Below, piece after piece: positions 1 to 7,894 of a stretch of 64,000 bases of DNA (its first letter is position 1; every line of letters starts with the position of its first letter). Below the pieces are notes generated by a model, which worked only from the letters and a program-made list of their open reading frames with translations, had not been told where the DNA came from and did no database searches. Both the position numbers and the translations under genes were made by a program. The stretch is from a virus (Duplodnaviria > Caudoviricetes): positions 1-64,000 of IMG/VR virus record IMGVR_UViG_3300007169_000667; one strand, given 5' to 3'.

Positions 1-355
1 GCAATTTTCTTTTCCATATCTGTTATTGTTTCCATACCTACTCATAAGAGTAACGCACTATGCCTAAAGGCTATTTATAGTCTCATAGTCGACCAAGCAA
101 AAAATTCGCTTAGCATTAGATAACGTCTCTGACATAAGAGACGAGTAATAACAACCATATAAGAGAATATATAAGGAGTTATATAAAAGGTTATCCGTTA
201 ATAGAGGGAATAAAGGCTAATAAGGTTAATAGGTTTACTTTTTAATCATATAACTTCTTTTCAGATTTGATTTTAGCCTATTTTAACCCATTAGAAAGGA
301 GATAAAGGGGGAAAAACCCCCATTTTAACCCCCTTTTTCCCACTCTTTTCCACTT

Positions 356-481
356 CAATTGTCATGAAAAAGTTAAACAAAATGACAATTGTCTCCGATT
401 TTCCCGGGCTGAGACAAAAAAAAGTTAAACAAAACCTAATTTAGGGTCAATTGCTGACAATATTATGACAATCGACCCTAA
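356..481. repeat. Cluster of inverted and direct repeats; possible tandem minus-strand terminators or other cis element
   Basis: Perfect 10-bp IR caattgtcat 356-365 / atgacaattg 382-391; 7-bp IR 389-395 / 411-417; 12-of-13 IR 441-453 / 469-481; 16-bp direct repeat aaaaagttaaacaaaa at 367-382 and 419-434. Confidence 0.7.
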
Positions 482-506
482 TTAAGTTAGATAACTGGAC
501 AAACTA

Positions 507-815
507 CTACCCCCAAGCGGAGATAGTAGTAGCGTCAACCATAGGAGTTGGAGGAGTCACAAGTTTCATACGCTCTTCACCGTCTGCATTAACAGTAAGT
601 TTAAACATAGCGTCACCGGGGTAATTAAAGGTGCCTTGTGCTTTCATTGTTCTTGTCAGTCTTTGTGAGAGGTACACCCACTCATTTTCGTCAGGCTTTC
701 CCTTTGGATAGATTCTGATGAAGTAATAACCATTTTTGTTGAGCATTACCTTTTGACTAACCTCAAAACCCTTGCATTCCGCAACAGTTTTGTTTTCTAA
801 TTTCTTGATATCCAT
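507..815 (-). CDS. Hypothetical phage protein (102 aa; start moved to MDIKKLENK)
   Basis: Open frame with A-rich leader (cataaaacagat) before the ATG at 815; no recognisable family. Confidence 0.7.
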   Translation of the reverse strand: MDIKKLENKTVAECKGFEVSQKVMLNKNGYYFIRIYPKGKPDENEWVYLSQRLTRTMKAQGTFNYPGDAMFKLTVNADGEERMKLVTPPTPMVDATTISAWG

Positions 816-902
816 ATCTGTTTTATGTGGGGGGTTACACCACACTCAATCACGAGACGGGGTATTTGATATTGACGTCCCCTCACCTCTCATGGATATA
901 AA

Positions 903-1003
903 GGGGTAGGGGGTTAGAAAAAAAATTTCTTTACGACCCTGGCAAAAAATTGGGGGGGGGGTCTAAAATTTTGGGGGAAATTTTGGAAAATTTTTTTTAT
1001 TTT
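903..1003. other. G-run and A/T-tract junction element
   Basis: G4 903-906, G5 909-913, G10 952-961 and G5 973-977 interleaved with AAAATTTT tracts; non-coding. Confidence 0.6.
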
Positions 1004-1013
1004 AGATTATCAC

Positions 1014-1217
1014 TTAAGGTTTGGAAACTTGTCTTCCAAAGGTAAGATTATCTCTAGTGTTTATATCTTTGTGGGTAAACTGCCAGATCTCCCCGTTGTC
1101 TAAAATGACGGTATAGATAGTATCGGTTTCATGACCGTAATCTGTGACTAGCCATACAATACCTTTTCCTTTGGGAGTAGTTACCTCTAGTCTGTTATGA
1201 GGTTCGTATATGTACAT
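1014..1217 (-). CDS. Small conserved-type phage protein (67 aa)
   Basis: V-x-TPKG-x-G...D...YTV-x-x-D-x-GEIW-x-F pattern resembles a widespread family of aquatic phage hypotheticals; overlaps the end of the upstream transferase gene. Confidence 0.75.
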   Translation of the reverse strand: MYIYEPHNRLEVTTPKGKGIVWLVTDYGHETDTIYTVILDNGEIWQFTHKDINTRDNLTFGRQVSKP

Positions 1218-1875
1218 TGTTGTCTCTTTTACAAAGTTGTGTGTAAAGGTCTAAGTCGGAAGACCACTCCGTTCCTGTCCACCATTCAAACCCTTTAAAG
1301 TTAGATTTATAAATACAGGCTTCTTCATAGCCTCCCATTAAGTATACGTAGGTGGCAGAGTTTTTAGTTAATTCTATCTCGTAGTATAGGGATACGCTTC
1401 CCAAAGATAGTTTAGGGTCTTCATAGTCCCACAGAAACTGATAGTCAACTATGTCTTTTTGGTCTGTTTTATACTCTTTGAAGATAGATGCTCCAATAAG
1501 CTTTTCATTGTGCCAGTAGAGAATCGCAAAGTAATCTAGGAAGTCTTCTAGTTTTATATCCCTTTTGTATCCTTTAGTGGTTATGTATTTTTCGTAGACA
1601 GGTTGAAGTCTATCTACTTCTTCTTGAGTTAGGATTACTTTAGATATTTGGACTTTATTGGCTAAGCGTTTTACAGTCTTGGTGGGTTTATAGTCACTTA
1701 TTTTAATTCTAGTTGATCTTAAATTATACCAGTATCCTTGCCATTCTACCCAGCCTTCATTTAGATAATTATTATAGTCTGTTCCTAAGGCTATTCCCTT
1801 AGGGTCTGAGTAGATAAAGTCTTGCTCTGTAATCTTGCCAAAGCCTGTTATATGATCAAAGATAACCTGTATCAT
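1195..1875 (-). CDS. ATE/Bpt-like aminoacyl-tRNA-protein transferase (GNAT fold)
   Basis: N-terminal EGW...RSTRIKISDYKPTKTVKRL resembles the ATE_N pattern GW...LRI...F-x-PS-x-SQ-x-R; C-terminal DYEDPKLSLGSVSLYYEI...YVYLMGGYEEACIYKSNFKGFE resembles the ATE_C pattern DP...SLG...EI...Y-x-YLGY...YK..F.P.E. Confidence 0.75.
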   Translation of the reverse strand: MIQVIFDHITGFGKITEQDFIYSDPKGIALGTDYNNYLNEGWVEWQGYWYNLRSTRIKISDYKPTKTVKRLANKVQISKVILTQEEVDRLQPVYEKYITTKGYKRDIKLEDFLDYFAILYWHNEKLIGASIFKEYKTDQKDIVDYQFLWDYEDPKLSLGSVSLYYEIELTKNSATYVYLMGGYEEACIYKSNFKGFEWWTGTEWSSDLDLYTQLCKRDNNVHIRTS

Positions 1876-1901
1876 AACTATGTTGTAGATCTATTGTAAA
1901 T

Positions 1902-1909
1902 CAAAGATA
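1902..1909 (-). promoter_or_regulatory. Bacteroidota-type -7 promoter box for the transferase operon
   Basis: Minus-strand TATCTTTG (TAnnTTTG), 26 nt upstream of the ATG at 1875; divergent from the box at 1947. Confidence 0.6.
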
Positions 1910-1924
1910 GTTAATTTAGGTCTC

Positions 1925-1954
1925 TTTACTTATTTTTAAATAAGCTTATCTTTG
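1925..1954 (+). promoter_or_regulatory. Bacteroidota-type promoter, probably giving a leaderless mRNA
   Basis: TATCTTTG at 1947-1954 with tttact 19 nt upstream; ATG only 4 nt downstream. Confidence 0.6.
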
Positions 1955-1958
1955 TTGT

Positions 1959-2351
1959 ATGAGACAGTATCCAGACTTTTGGGGGGATGGCTATGCAACT
2001 GAGTTGATAGAAGCTATCCTTAAAGGAAGGGCTGAGCGTACTTATATCTCTGCTTACGATGTAAGCGTTTTAAGGGCTCAGAGTTTTGACTCTTATAGTC
2101 CTGTTAAGGGAAGTTTCTTTGTTAATGGAAGTAAACTTTATTTAACTTTAAGTAAAGGGTATAATGGATTGTCTGTTCCTTTTACGACTGAGTTAATAAC
2201 CGAAAACAGACCCGCAGGAAACTTAAGGTTTGAGGGTACTATTCCAGAACCTACGTTTATAGCAGCAGATCCCTATCAGGAACCTCCTTATGTTGCTATG
2301 CCTTTCTTCTTGATTATGACAGAAGAAGGAAAACTTTTAATACAGGAGTAA
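1959..2351 (+). CDS. Hypothetical protein, probably virion or fibre associated (130 aa)
   Basis: First gene of the plus-strand fibre operon; promoter immediately upstream. Confidence 0.7.
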   Translation: MRQYPDFWGDGYATELIEAILKGRAERTYISAYDVSVLRAQSFDSYSPVKGSFFVNGSKLYLTLSKGYNGLSVPFTTELITENRPAGNLRFEGTIPEPTFIAADPYQEPPYVAMPFFLIMTEEGKLLIQE

Positions 2352-2386
2352 ATAAATTAAGATAAACTAAGATAAAATACAATTAA

Positions 2387-5032
2387 ATGAATATATCAGG
2401 TCAAGTAGTAAAAACTAGTCAGTTACCTAAAAAGACTCTAGGACTAGGTGACTCTTTACTAGCTTTAATTAACTCTCCACTAGAAACTGTTACAGTACCT
2501 GTTTCAGAGTTTGTTACTTTTGTGTCTAATCAGATAGCTTTAGGAACTTATACTCTAGATACAGTAACTACCGCAGGAAACACCACGACTAATGTAATTA
2601 ACGTAGGAGGAGTAAACTCTCCTTACCTTCAGTTAAACACAGTAAGTCCCGGATCTCAAGCAGTAGGTAGATTTGTTTGGAACGATACAGATGGAACTGT
2701 AGACTTAAGACTTAAAGGTAATAATGTCACTCTTCAGTTAGGCCAAGAAACAGTCGTAAGGGTTGTAAACAAGACAGGAGCAGATCTTTTAGAGTCTCAG
2801 TATAAGGTTGTAAGAGTAAGAATCGCTTCAGAGGGAGGAGCACAAGGTCAGAGACTGGCTGTTGTGTTAGCTCAAGGAAACAACGACCCTGACTCTGTTA
2901 CTACTTTAGGAATCGTTACAGAGGATATTGGAAACAACCAAGAAGGTTTTATTACGGTTTTTGGAAACGTAAACGGAATCAATACCACAGGATCTCTTCA
3001 GGGAGAAACTTGGGCAGACGGAGACGTTTTATTTTTAAGTCCTACTACTCCTGGATCTTTAACTAAGGTTAAACCAGTAGCTCCTAACCACACCGTAGTA
3101 ATGGGATATGTGGTATATGCCCATGGGGTAAACGGTAAGATATTCGTCAAGGTTGACAATGGTTATGAGATTGATGAATTACACAACGTCAAGATAACTA
3201 GCGTTGCAAATAACGATTTGTTGCAGTACGACTCCACCCAGCAAGTCTGGAAGAATGTGACTGTAGCAACTGCTGTACCTACTCCTACCCTAGCGGCCGT
3301 AACCACAGCAGGCAATACTACATCTAACAGTATTATTTATTCGGGCGCTACCGAAGCAATAAGACCAAGTGTTGATTCTACTGGTGCACTCGGTGCGTCT
3401 AATTACAGATGGCTAAATGTTTACACAAGAGGGGTTAATTCTGGTGCAAACTCATTAGATATCCTAGGTACAAATATCAACCTGAATGACAATTCTGGGA
3501 ACATTAAACTTCGAGTGTTTGGTTCTACAGGAAACGTAGTTATTCAGAATGGAGGTACATTTACTGATGCTGGTTATAGATTAGACGTTAATGGAGTAGT
3601 GAGGATGCAGAACAGTGCTTCTAGTGCGGCTACAACAGGTTTAAGATTAGCAAATTCAGCTGTTGCTTCTGTTACCGCAGGTCAGGGCGTACAATTAGAT
3701 TTTGCAAATGACAGCGGATTTGCTACTTCGCTTTCTTCAAGTACAATTAGAAGTATAACTACAAACACAGCCAATGGTGGAGCAGATTTATTGTTTTTAA
3801 ACTATGATGGTTCTGCTCTTACTGAGTACATGAGAATAACAAGACTTGGTAATGTAGGTATCGGAACAACTAGTCCTGGAGCTAAATTAGAAATAAACGG
3901 AAACAGTTACCAAACGGGATTAAGAATAAGTGATACAACTAGCCATAGTACAAATTTGTTTCAATACGGAACTGTTTTTAATATAAATAGTCAATTTCTT
4001 GGAGATAGTATTAGTATTCAACCAGCAGATTACTTTAAAATAAGTACTTATTCTGGGGGTATCGTAGAAAGACTTAGAGTAACAAACGGAGGTAACTTGT
4101 TATTAGGTACTACAACTGATAGTGGTTATAAACTAGATGTTAACGGCACAGCCAGAGTACAAGGAACAACCACCATAACTCCTGCTGCTGATACTTCTGC
4201 AATAGTTTCTACAGGTTATTCTGTAACAGGAAGTGGTACTACTCCTTTGATAGATTTAAGTGGAACTTGGAATACTACTGGGACACCTACTTTAATTAAA
4301 GCGAATCTTACAGACACTGCATCTAATGCAAGTTCTTTCTTAATAGACCTGCAAGTCGCAGGTTCAAGTCAATTTAGAGTTAGAAAAGACGGATATGCAA
4401 GAGCGTCTCAAGGTTTTGTTATAGGCACGTCAAACGGTAATGATTTGGTTAGTTCTAGTGGAGGAGAATCTTATGTTGCTGGAGGTTTATTTACTTCTTT
4501 GAGATTTGCAAGTAGTTCTACTGAAGGCTATGGATTAACAATATCTGGTTTTAATGCCTCAACAAGAACAAATACAAGCGGTGCAGCAGGAGTTTTACAA
4601 TTAGCGCACGGATTTGCTCCAACAAGTGGAGTCGGAACTTTTATTGGATTGCTTTATAGAGGTACAATTAACCAAACAGGAGGAGCTAGTGGTGTAACAC
4701 GAGGATTATATGTTAATCCTACTCTAACCGCAGCAGCTGATTGGCGTTCTATTGAGTGGTCGAATAATAGCGGTTGGGGATTATATGGAGTAGGAACTGC
4801 ACCTAACTATTTAGGAGGCAGTCTAGTACTAGGAACAACCACTGTGAATGCTAGTGCTTTACTTCAAGTAGAGTCTACTACTAAGGGTTTCTTACCTCCT
4901 AGAATGACTACAGCGCAGATATTACTTATCTCCTCTCCTGCAGAAGGTCTACAGGTCTATAATACAGATCTTAAGACTATTTGTTTCTACAATGGAACTG
5001 CTTGGCAAAGAGTAACTTCTACCGCTATGTAA
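2387..5032 (+). CDS. Tail fibre or spike protein (881 aa)
   Basis: Gly/Thr/Ser-rich beta repeats (TL-x-x-VTTAGNTT twice, GNVGIGTTSP, D-x-GY-x-LDVNG twice); C-terminal STTKGFLPPRMTT...GL-x-VYNTD...FYNGTAW module typical of Bacteroidota-phage fibres. Confidence 0.8.
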   Translation: MNISGQVVKTSQLPKKTLGLGDSLLALINSPLETVTVPVSEFVTFVSNQIALGTYTLDTVTTAGNTTTNVINVGGVNSPYLQLNTVSPGSQAVGRFVWNDTDGTVDLRLKGNNVTLQLGQETVVRVVNKTGADLLESQYKVVRVRIASEGGAQGQRLAVVLAQGNNDPDSVTTLGIVTEDIGNNQEGFITVFGNVNGINTTGSLQGETWADGDVLFLSPTTPGSLTKVKPVAPNHTVVMGYVVYAHGVNGKIFVKVDNGYEIDELHNVKITSVANNDLLQYDSTQQVWKNVTVATAVPTPTLAAVTTAGNTTSNSIIYSGATEAIRPSVDSTGALGASNYRWLNVYTRGVNSGANSLDILGTNINLNDNSGNIKLRVFGSTGNVVIQNGGTFTDAGYRLDVNGVVRMQNSASSAATTGLRLANSAVASVTAGQGVQLDFANDSGFATSLSSSTIRSITTNTANGGADLLFLNYDGSALTEYMRITRLGNVGIGTTSPGAKLEINGNSYQTGLRISDTTSHSTNLFQYGTVFNINSQFLGDSISIQPADYFKISTYSGGIVERLRVTNGGNLLLGTTTDSGYKLDVNGTARVQGTTTITPAADTSAIVSTGYSVTGSGTTPLIDLSGTWNTTGTPTLIKANLTDTASNASSFLIDLQVAGSSQFRVRKDGYARASQGFVIGTSNGNDLVSSSGGESYVAGGLFTSLRFASSSTEGYGLTISGFNASTRTNTSGAAGVLQLAHGFAPTSGVGTFIGLLYRGTINQTGGASGVTRGLYVNPTLTAAADWRSIEWSNNSGWGLYGVGTAPNYLGGSLVLGTTTVNASALLQVESTTKGFLPPRMTTAQILLISSPAEGLQVYNTDLKTICFYNGTAWQRVTSTAM

Positions 5033-5047
5033 TTTTAAAAATGATAT

Positions 5048-5055
5048 TATATTTG
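5048..5055 (+). promoter_or_regulatory. -7 promoter box TATATTTG
   Basis: Matches TAnnTTTG in the intergenic gap, 26 nt before the ATG at 5082. Confidence 0.5.
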
Positions 5056-5081
5056 TAACACACTTAATTTAAAACAAAAAT

Positions 5082-5372
5082 ATGGCAACTAAAATCCAAA
5101 CTGTTACTGTACCTGCACGTGGTGAAGGTAAGTACTTTACTATCAATGCGTTAACTTTTCCTATGAACGCAACTTCTATTACTTTTTACTGGCAGATCTT
5201 GACCGAAACCTTTGAGACTGTAGAAGGTTCTGAAACTCCTGTTTCTAAACCCGGTTCTTCTATCTTGGACGGTAACTTGATTATGAAAGAAGACGTTATT
5301 GCTACTTGGGGAACAGACGACTCTGTAGTTATTGATTGGGCATTAAGCGAATTAGGTCTTACAGCTGAGTAA
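5082..5372 (+). CDS. Fibre-associated small protein, putative assembly chaperone (96 aa)
   Basis: Directly follows the fibre gene; C-terminal WG-x-DD...W...LGLT pattern is common after phage fibre genes. Confidence 0.65.
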   Translation: MATKIQTVTVPARGEGKYFTINALTFPMNATSITFYWQILTETFETVEGSETPVSKPGSSILDGNLIMKEDVIATWGTDDSVVIDWALSELGLTAE

Positions 5373-5402
5373 GACATAATGTCATAATTGCCTAAAAGGT
5401 AC

Positions 5403-5410
5403 TATATTTG
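5403..5410 (+). promoter_or_regulatory. -7 promoter box TATATTTG
   Basis: TAnnTTTG 20 nt before the ATG at 5431. Confidence 0.5.
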
Positions 5411-5430
5411 TGTAAACCAACTAAAAAATT

Positions 5431-5721
5431 ATGAATACCAAGTTAACCGAACAAGAGATCGAAGCAATCAAAGGCTTCCAACAAAAGACTCAAGCCGTTA
5501 TTATGGATTTGGGTAAGATCCAATTGCAACTTTCTGACCTTGAGGACTTAAAGTCTCAAGTAATGGATGTAATGAAAGAAGTAAGCAAAGAGCAGGCTGA
5601 GTTCTTCCAAAAAATTGAGGAGACCTACGGTAAAGGTCAAATCAACTTGGAAACTTTTGAGCACATTGCAATGGAGACAGAGGCAACTGTTAGCCCTATC
5701 TCTGATGCAGAAATCCTCTAA
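5431..5721 (+). CDS. Small coiled-coil protein (96 aa)
   Basis: Heptad-rich helix ending in the YG-x-G-x-INLET motif seen in fibre-adjacent phage proteins. Confidence 0.75.
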   Translation: MNTKLTEQEIEAIKGFQQKTQAVIMDLGKIQLQLSDLEDLKSQVMDVMKEVSKEQAEFFQKIEETYGKGQINLETFEHIAMETEATVSPISDAEIL

Positions 5722-5745
5722 ACCTTGTAATTAACAAGCTTTTAT

Positions 5746-5778
5746 AAACCCTCAGAGAAATCTGGGGGTTTTCTTTTT
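5746..5778 (+). terminator. Intrinsic terminator
   Basis: aaaccctcaga-GAAA-tctgggggttt stem followed by a T-rich tail. Confidence 0.8.
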
Positions 5779-5783
5779 AGGAT

Positions 5784-5813
5784 TTGACTTATTTTTTTAA
5801 TATACTATCTTTG
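5784..5813 (+). promoter_or_regulatory. Bacteroidota-type promoter of the lysis cassette
   Basis: TTGACT, 19-nt spacer from TTG, then TATCTTTG. Confidence 0.75.
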
Positions 5814-5992
5814 AAATAGAACCAACCTTTTCTCACCTAAAGTATAATCTATGAAAGTCCGAAGTTGCTTTGAACATTCTCTCAGATATAACCATAATGG
5901 TGAGTTTTTCTGTATTTCTCACACTACTACTGTTTAAGTGGTTAGTAGAGGACTACGTTCTTAGTCTGTTTAAACTAAAAAAAGGTATCTAT

Positions 5993-6241
5993 ATGAAACT
6001 AATTAATTTTATCAGTGCACTTTTCAAAGATGAGAAGGGTTCTGTCTCTATGAAACGACTGTGTGGCTTAGTCTGCACTATTACTTTGTGTGCTACATTG
6101 TACGCTAACTCTTTTACTGAAGCTCACTTTGCTCCTTCTACTCCTTTAGTAGATGCTGTTGCTTTGTTAGCTTTTGGTTGTTTAGGTTTGACTTCTGTAG
6201 AGAAGATCATGAAAAAGAAGGAGGACTCTGCTGAGGCATAA
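5993..6241 (+). CDS. Putative holin (82 aa; possible longer in-frame form from 5897 or 5870)
   Basis: Two hydrophobic segments, S-x-KRL-x-G motif, charged C-terminus, directly upstream of the lysin. Confidence 0.7.
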   Translation: MKLINFISALFKDEKGSVSMKRLCGLVCTITLCATLYANSFTEAHFAPSTPLVDAVALLAFGCLGLTSVEKIMKKKEDSAEA

Positions 6242-6243
6242 TT

Positions 6244-6831
6244 ATGAGCTACACTAGAGAACAAATCGAAGCTGCTGTAAAAGCAAAAGGTTATAAGTAC
6301 TTTGAGAACGGAGACTTTAACGTAAACATCATTGGTGTACGTAACTCTTCTACTGGTACCAAAGTAACCAACGTATTTGACGACCACTTGACTATCTCTT
6401 ATAAAGAGAATGGTGAGTGGAAATTTAAGATCTGGCCTGCTACTACTGATCCTGGAACTAAAGGAGTTAAAGAATTCCACAATGCTCAAGGAGTTGCTCG
6501 CTTAGTACCTGGTCAATATCCTGGTTCACACCATGTTGGTTTGCACCAAGGTAAGTACGAAGCTCTCAAACAGAAGGCTAACGTAAAGGTTTATCGTGAC
6601 GCTAATAAAGATTTAAACTATGATGAAACAAAAATTACTGAAGGCATTTATGGAATCAACATTCATAAAGCAGGTGCTGACTCAACTTACGTTGAAAACT
6701 GGTCAGAAGGATGTCAAGTCTTTAAAAAATCCGCAGACTTTGACGCGTTTATGGCAATTTGTAAAAAAGCAGCTTCCGTAGGAGGTAACTCTTTTACTTA
6801 TACTTTGATCGAATCTAAAGACATCAAGTAA
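6244..6831 (+). CDS. Putative endolysin with an L,D-transpeptidase (YkuD)-like catalytic domain
   Basis: GINIHKAG...NWSEGCQVF matches the YkuD H-x(n)-S-x-G-C catalytic motif; TTDPG motif; position after the holin. Confidence 0.75.
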   Translation: MSYTREQIEAAVKAKGYKYFENGDFNVNIIGVRNSSTGTKVTNVFDDHLTISYKENGEWKFKIWPATTDPGTKGVKEFHNAQGVARLVPGQYPGSHHVGLHQGKYEALKQKANVKVYRDANKDLNYDETKITEGIYGINIHKAGADSTYVENWSEGCQVFKKSADFDAFMAICKKAASVGGNSFTYTLIESKDIK

Positions 6832-7112
6832 TGACTGCTAAGAAGATTAACTCTAATCCATTACCCGTAAGTTTTGATCAATTTAAAAAGAATCCAGTTG
6901 CTGCCGTTGCTTTTTGTATGCTGGTGGCTGTTAGCTATTTGTATTATGACGTTAAAACGGGGTATGCAGACCAGATTAAACTCTCTAACGAAAAGATGAA
7001 TAATCTAGAGTTAAAGATTGATCGGATGAATACTGCACTTAAGAAGTCTGATAGCGCTCTCTCAGCAGCTATTACAGAACTTCGTATCATTAACACAATG
7101 AAAAAGTTTTAA
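6831..7112 (+). CDS. Single-TM coiled-coil membrane protein in the lysis cassette (i-spanin-like topology)
   Basis: Hydrophobic PVAAVAFCMLVAVSYLYY followed by a heptad coil; ATG overlaps the lysin stop codon. Confidence 0.6.
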   Translation: MTAKKINSNPLPVSFDQFKKNPVAAVAFCMLVAVSYLYYDVKTGYADQIKLSNEKMNNLELKIDRMNTALKKSDSALSAAITELRIINTMKKF

Positions 7113-7133
7113 AGAAATTTTAATTTAACTAAG

Positions 7134-7574
7134 ATGAAGTACTTATTGGGAATTTTTGCTGTATTCTTTTTGGCTATCCATTTCTCTATGCCTTTGAGAG
7201 CTATTGATCCTGCTCCAGTAGATGAGTTAGAAATCATGCTTAAGAAGATTGAAAACAATCTTAGAGTTGCTTCTGCTGTAACATCTGTTGCTAAGGCAAA
7301 AGGAGAGGCTCTAGTGGAACAAAAGGTAGAAGAGAAGAAAGAACTACAGGAAGAGCTAGTTGTTGCCTCAGAAGAGCTTAAAATCGTTTCTGAGAAGGTT
7401 GAGATCTTTACTACTAGAATGGTAGAGGTAGGACTCGATACTACAGTTAGTTATGTAAATATCAATGAAGGGGACAACTTTGTATTTAAAGGTGCCCTTT
7501 ATGATGAGTGGATGGAGTATAAAAAGAACGGAGGAGAATCCGACTTTGAATACTACAGACTCTACAAAAAGTAA
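7134..7574 (+). CDS. Signal-peptide-bearing coiled-coil protein (lysis accessory candidate)
   Basis: MKYLLGIFAVFFLAIHFSMPLRA signal-like N-terminus, long charged helix, no lipobox Cys. Confidence 0.6.
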   Translation: MKYLLGIFAVFFLAIHFSMPLRAIDPAPVDELEIMLKKIENNLRVASAVTSVAKAKGEALVEQKVEEKKELQEELVVASEELKIVSEKVEIFTTRMVEVGLDTTVSYVNINEGDNFVFKGALYDEWMEYKKNGGESDFEYYRLYKK

Positions 7575-7835
7575 TTAATCTTTTTTGCTTTCCTTTGAAG
7601 CAGGCTTCTTACGAGGTCTGCTTTTCTTTTTCTTAGGAGCAGGTTCTTGTTTGTGAATCTCCTCAGCTATCTTTATGATTTCTTCTGCTGTGATTTGGAC
7701 ACTATTATCCTTTACTTCCTCTTTGGAGCCATAAAGATCTCTATAGTACTGGTCACTACGTTTTTCTTCCTTACGAGCAAGATACAGTAAAACCACTAAG
7801 ATTAAAAAGAGAATGATGCCTAGAATTGTATTCAT
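7575..7835 (-). CDS. Small membrane-anchored protein with a Lys-rich tail (86 aa)
   Basis: N-terminal TM ILGIILFLILVVLLYL; stop abuts the stop of the convergent 7134 gene; own promoter box at 7840-7847. Confidence 0.7.
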   Translation of the reverse strand: MNTILGIILFLILVVLLYLARKEEKRSDQYYRDLYGSKEEVKDNSVQITAEEIIKIAEEIHKQEPAPKKKKSRPRKKPASKESKKD

Positions 7836-7839
7836 AGTA

Positions 7840-7847
7840 CAAATATA
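7840..7847 (-). promoter_or_regulatory. -7 promoter box, leaderless arrangement
   Basis: Minus-strand TATATTTG, 4 nt before the ATG at 7835. Confidence 0.55.
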
Positions 7848-7894
7848 ATAATTTTAATTAAGGCAAGACTAAAAAATAAAAATAATCCTTCCAA

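Noticed and set aside
1-35. Possible start of a minus-strand gene (METITDMEKKIA) at the left edge
   Set aside because: Only 11 codons visible; cannot be supported without the flanking sequence
816-845. Extended starts given by the ORF track (845, 22713, 23448)
   Set aside because: Downstream ATGs (815, 22764, 23457) have proper A-rich leaders or stop-start overlap; the extensions run into hairpins or upstream genes
7134-7574. Canonical o-spanin call
   Set aside because: No lipobox cysteine and not nested in the upstream gene; kept only as a non-canonical candidate
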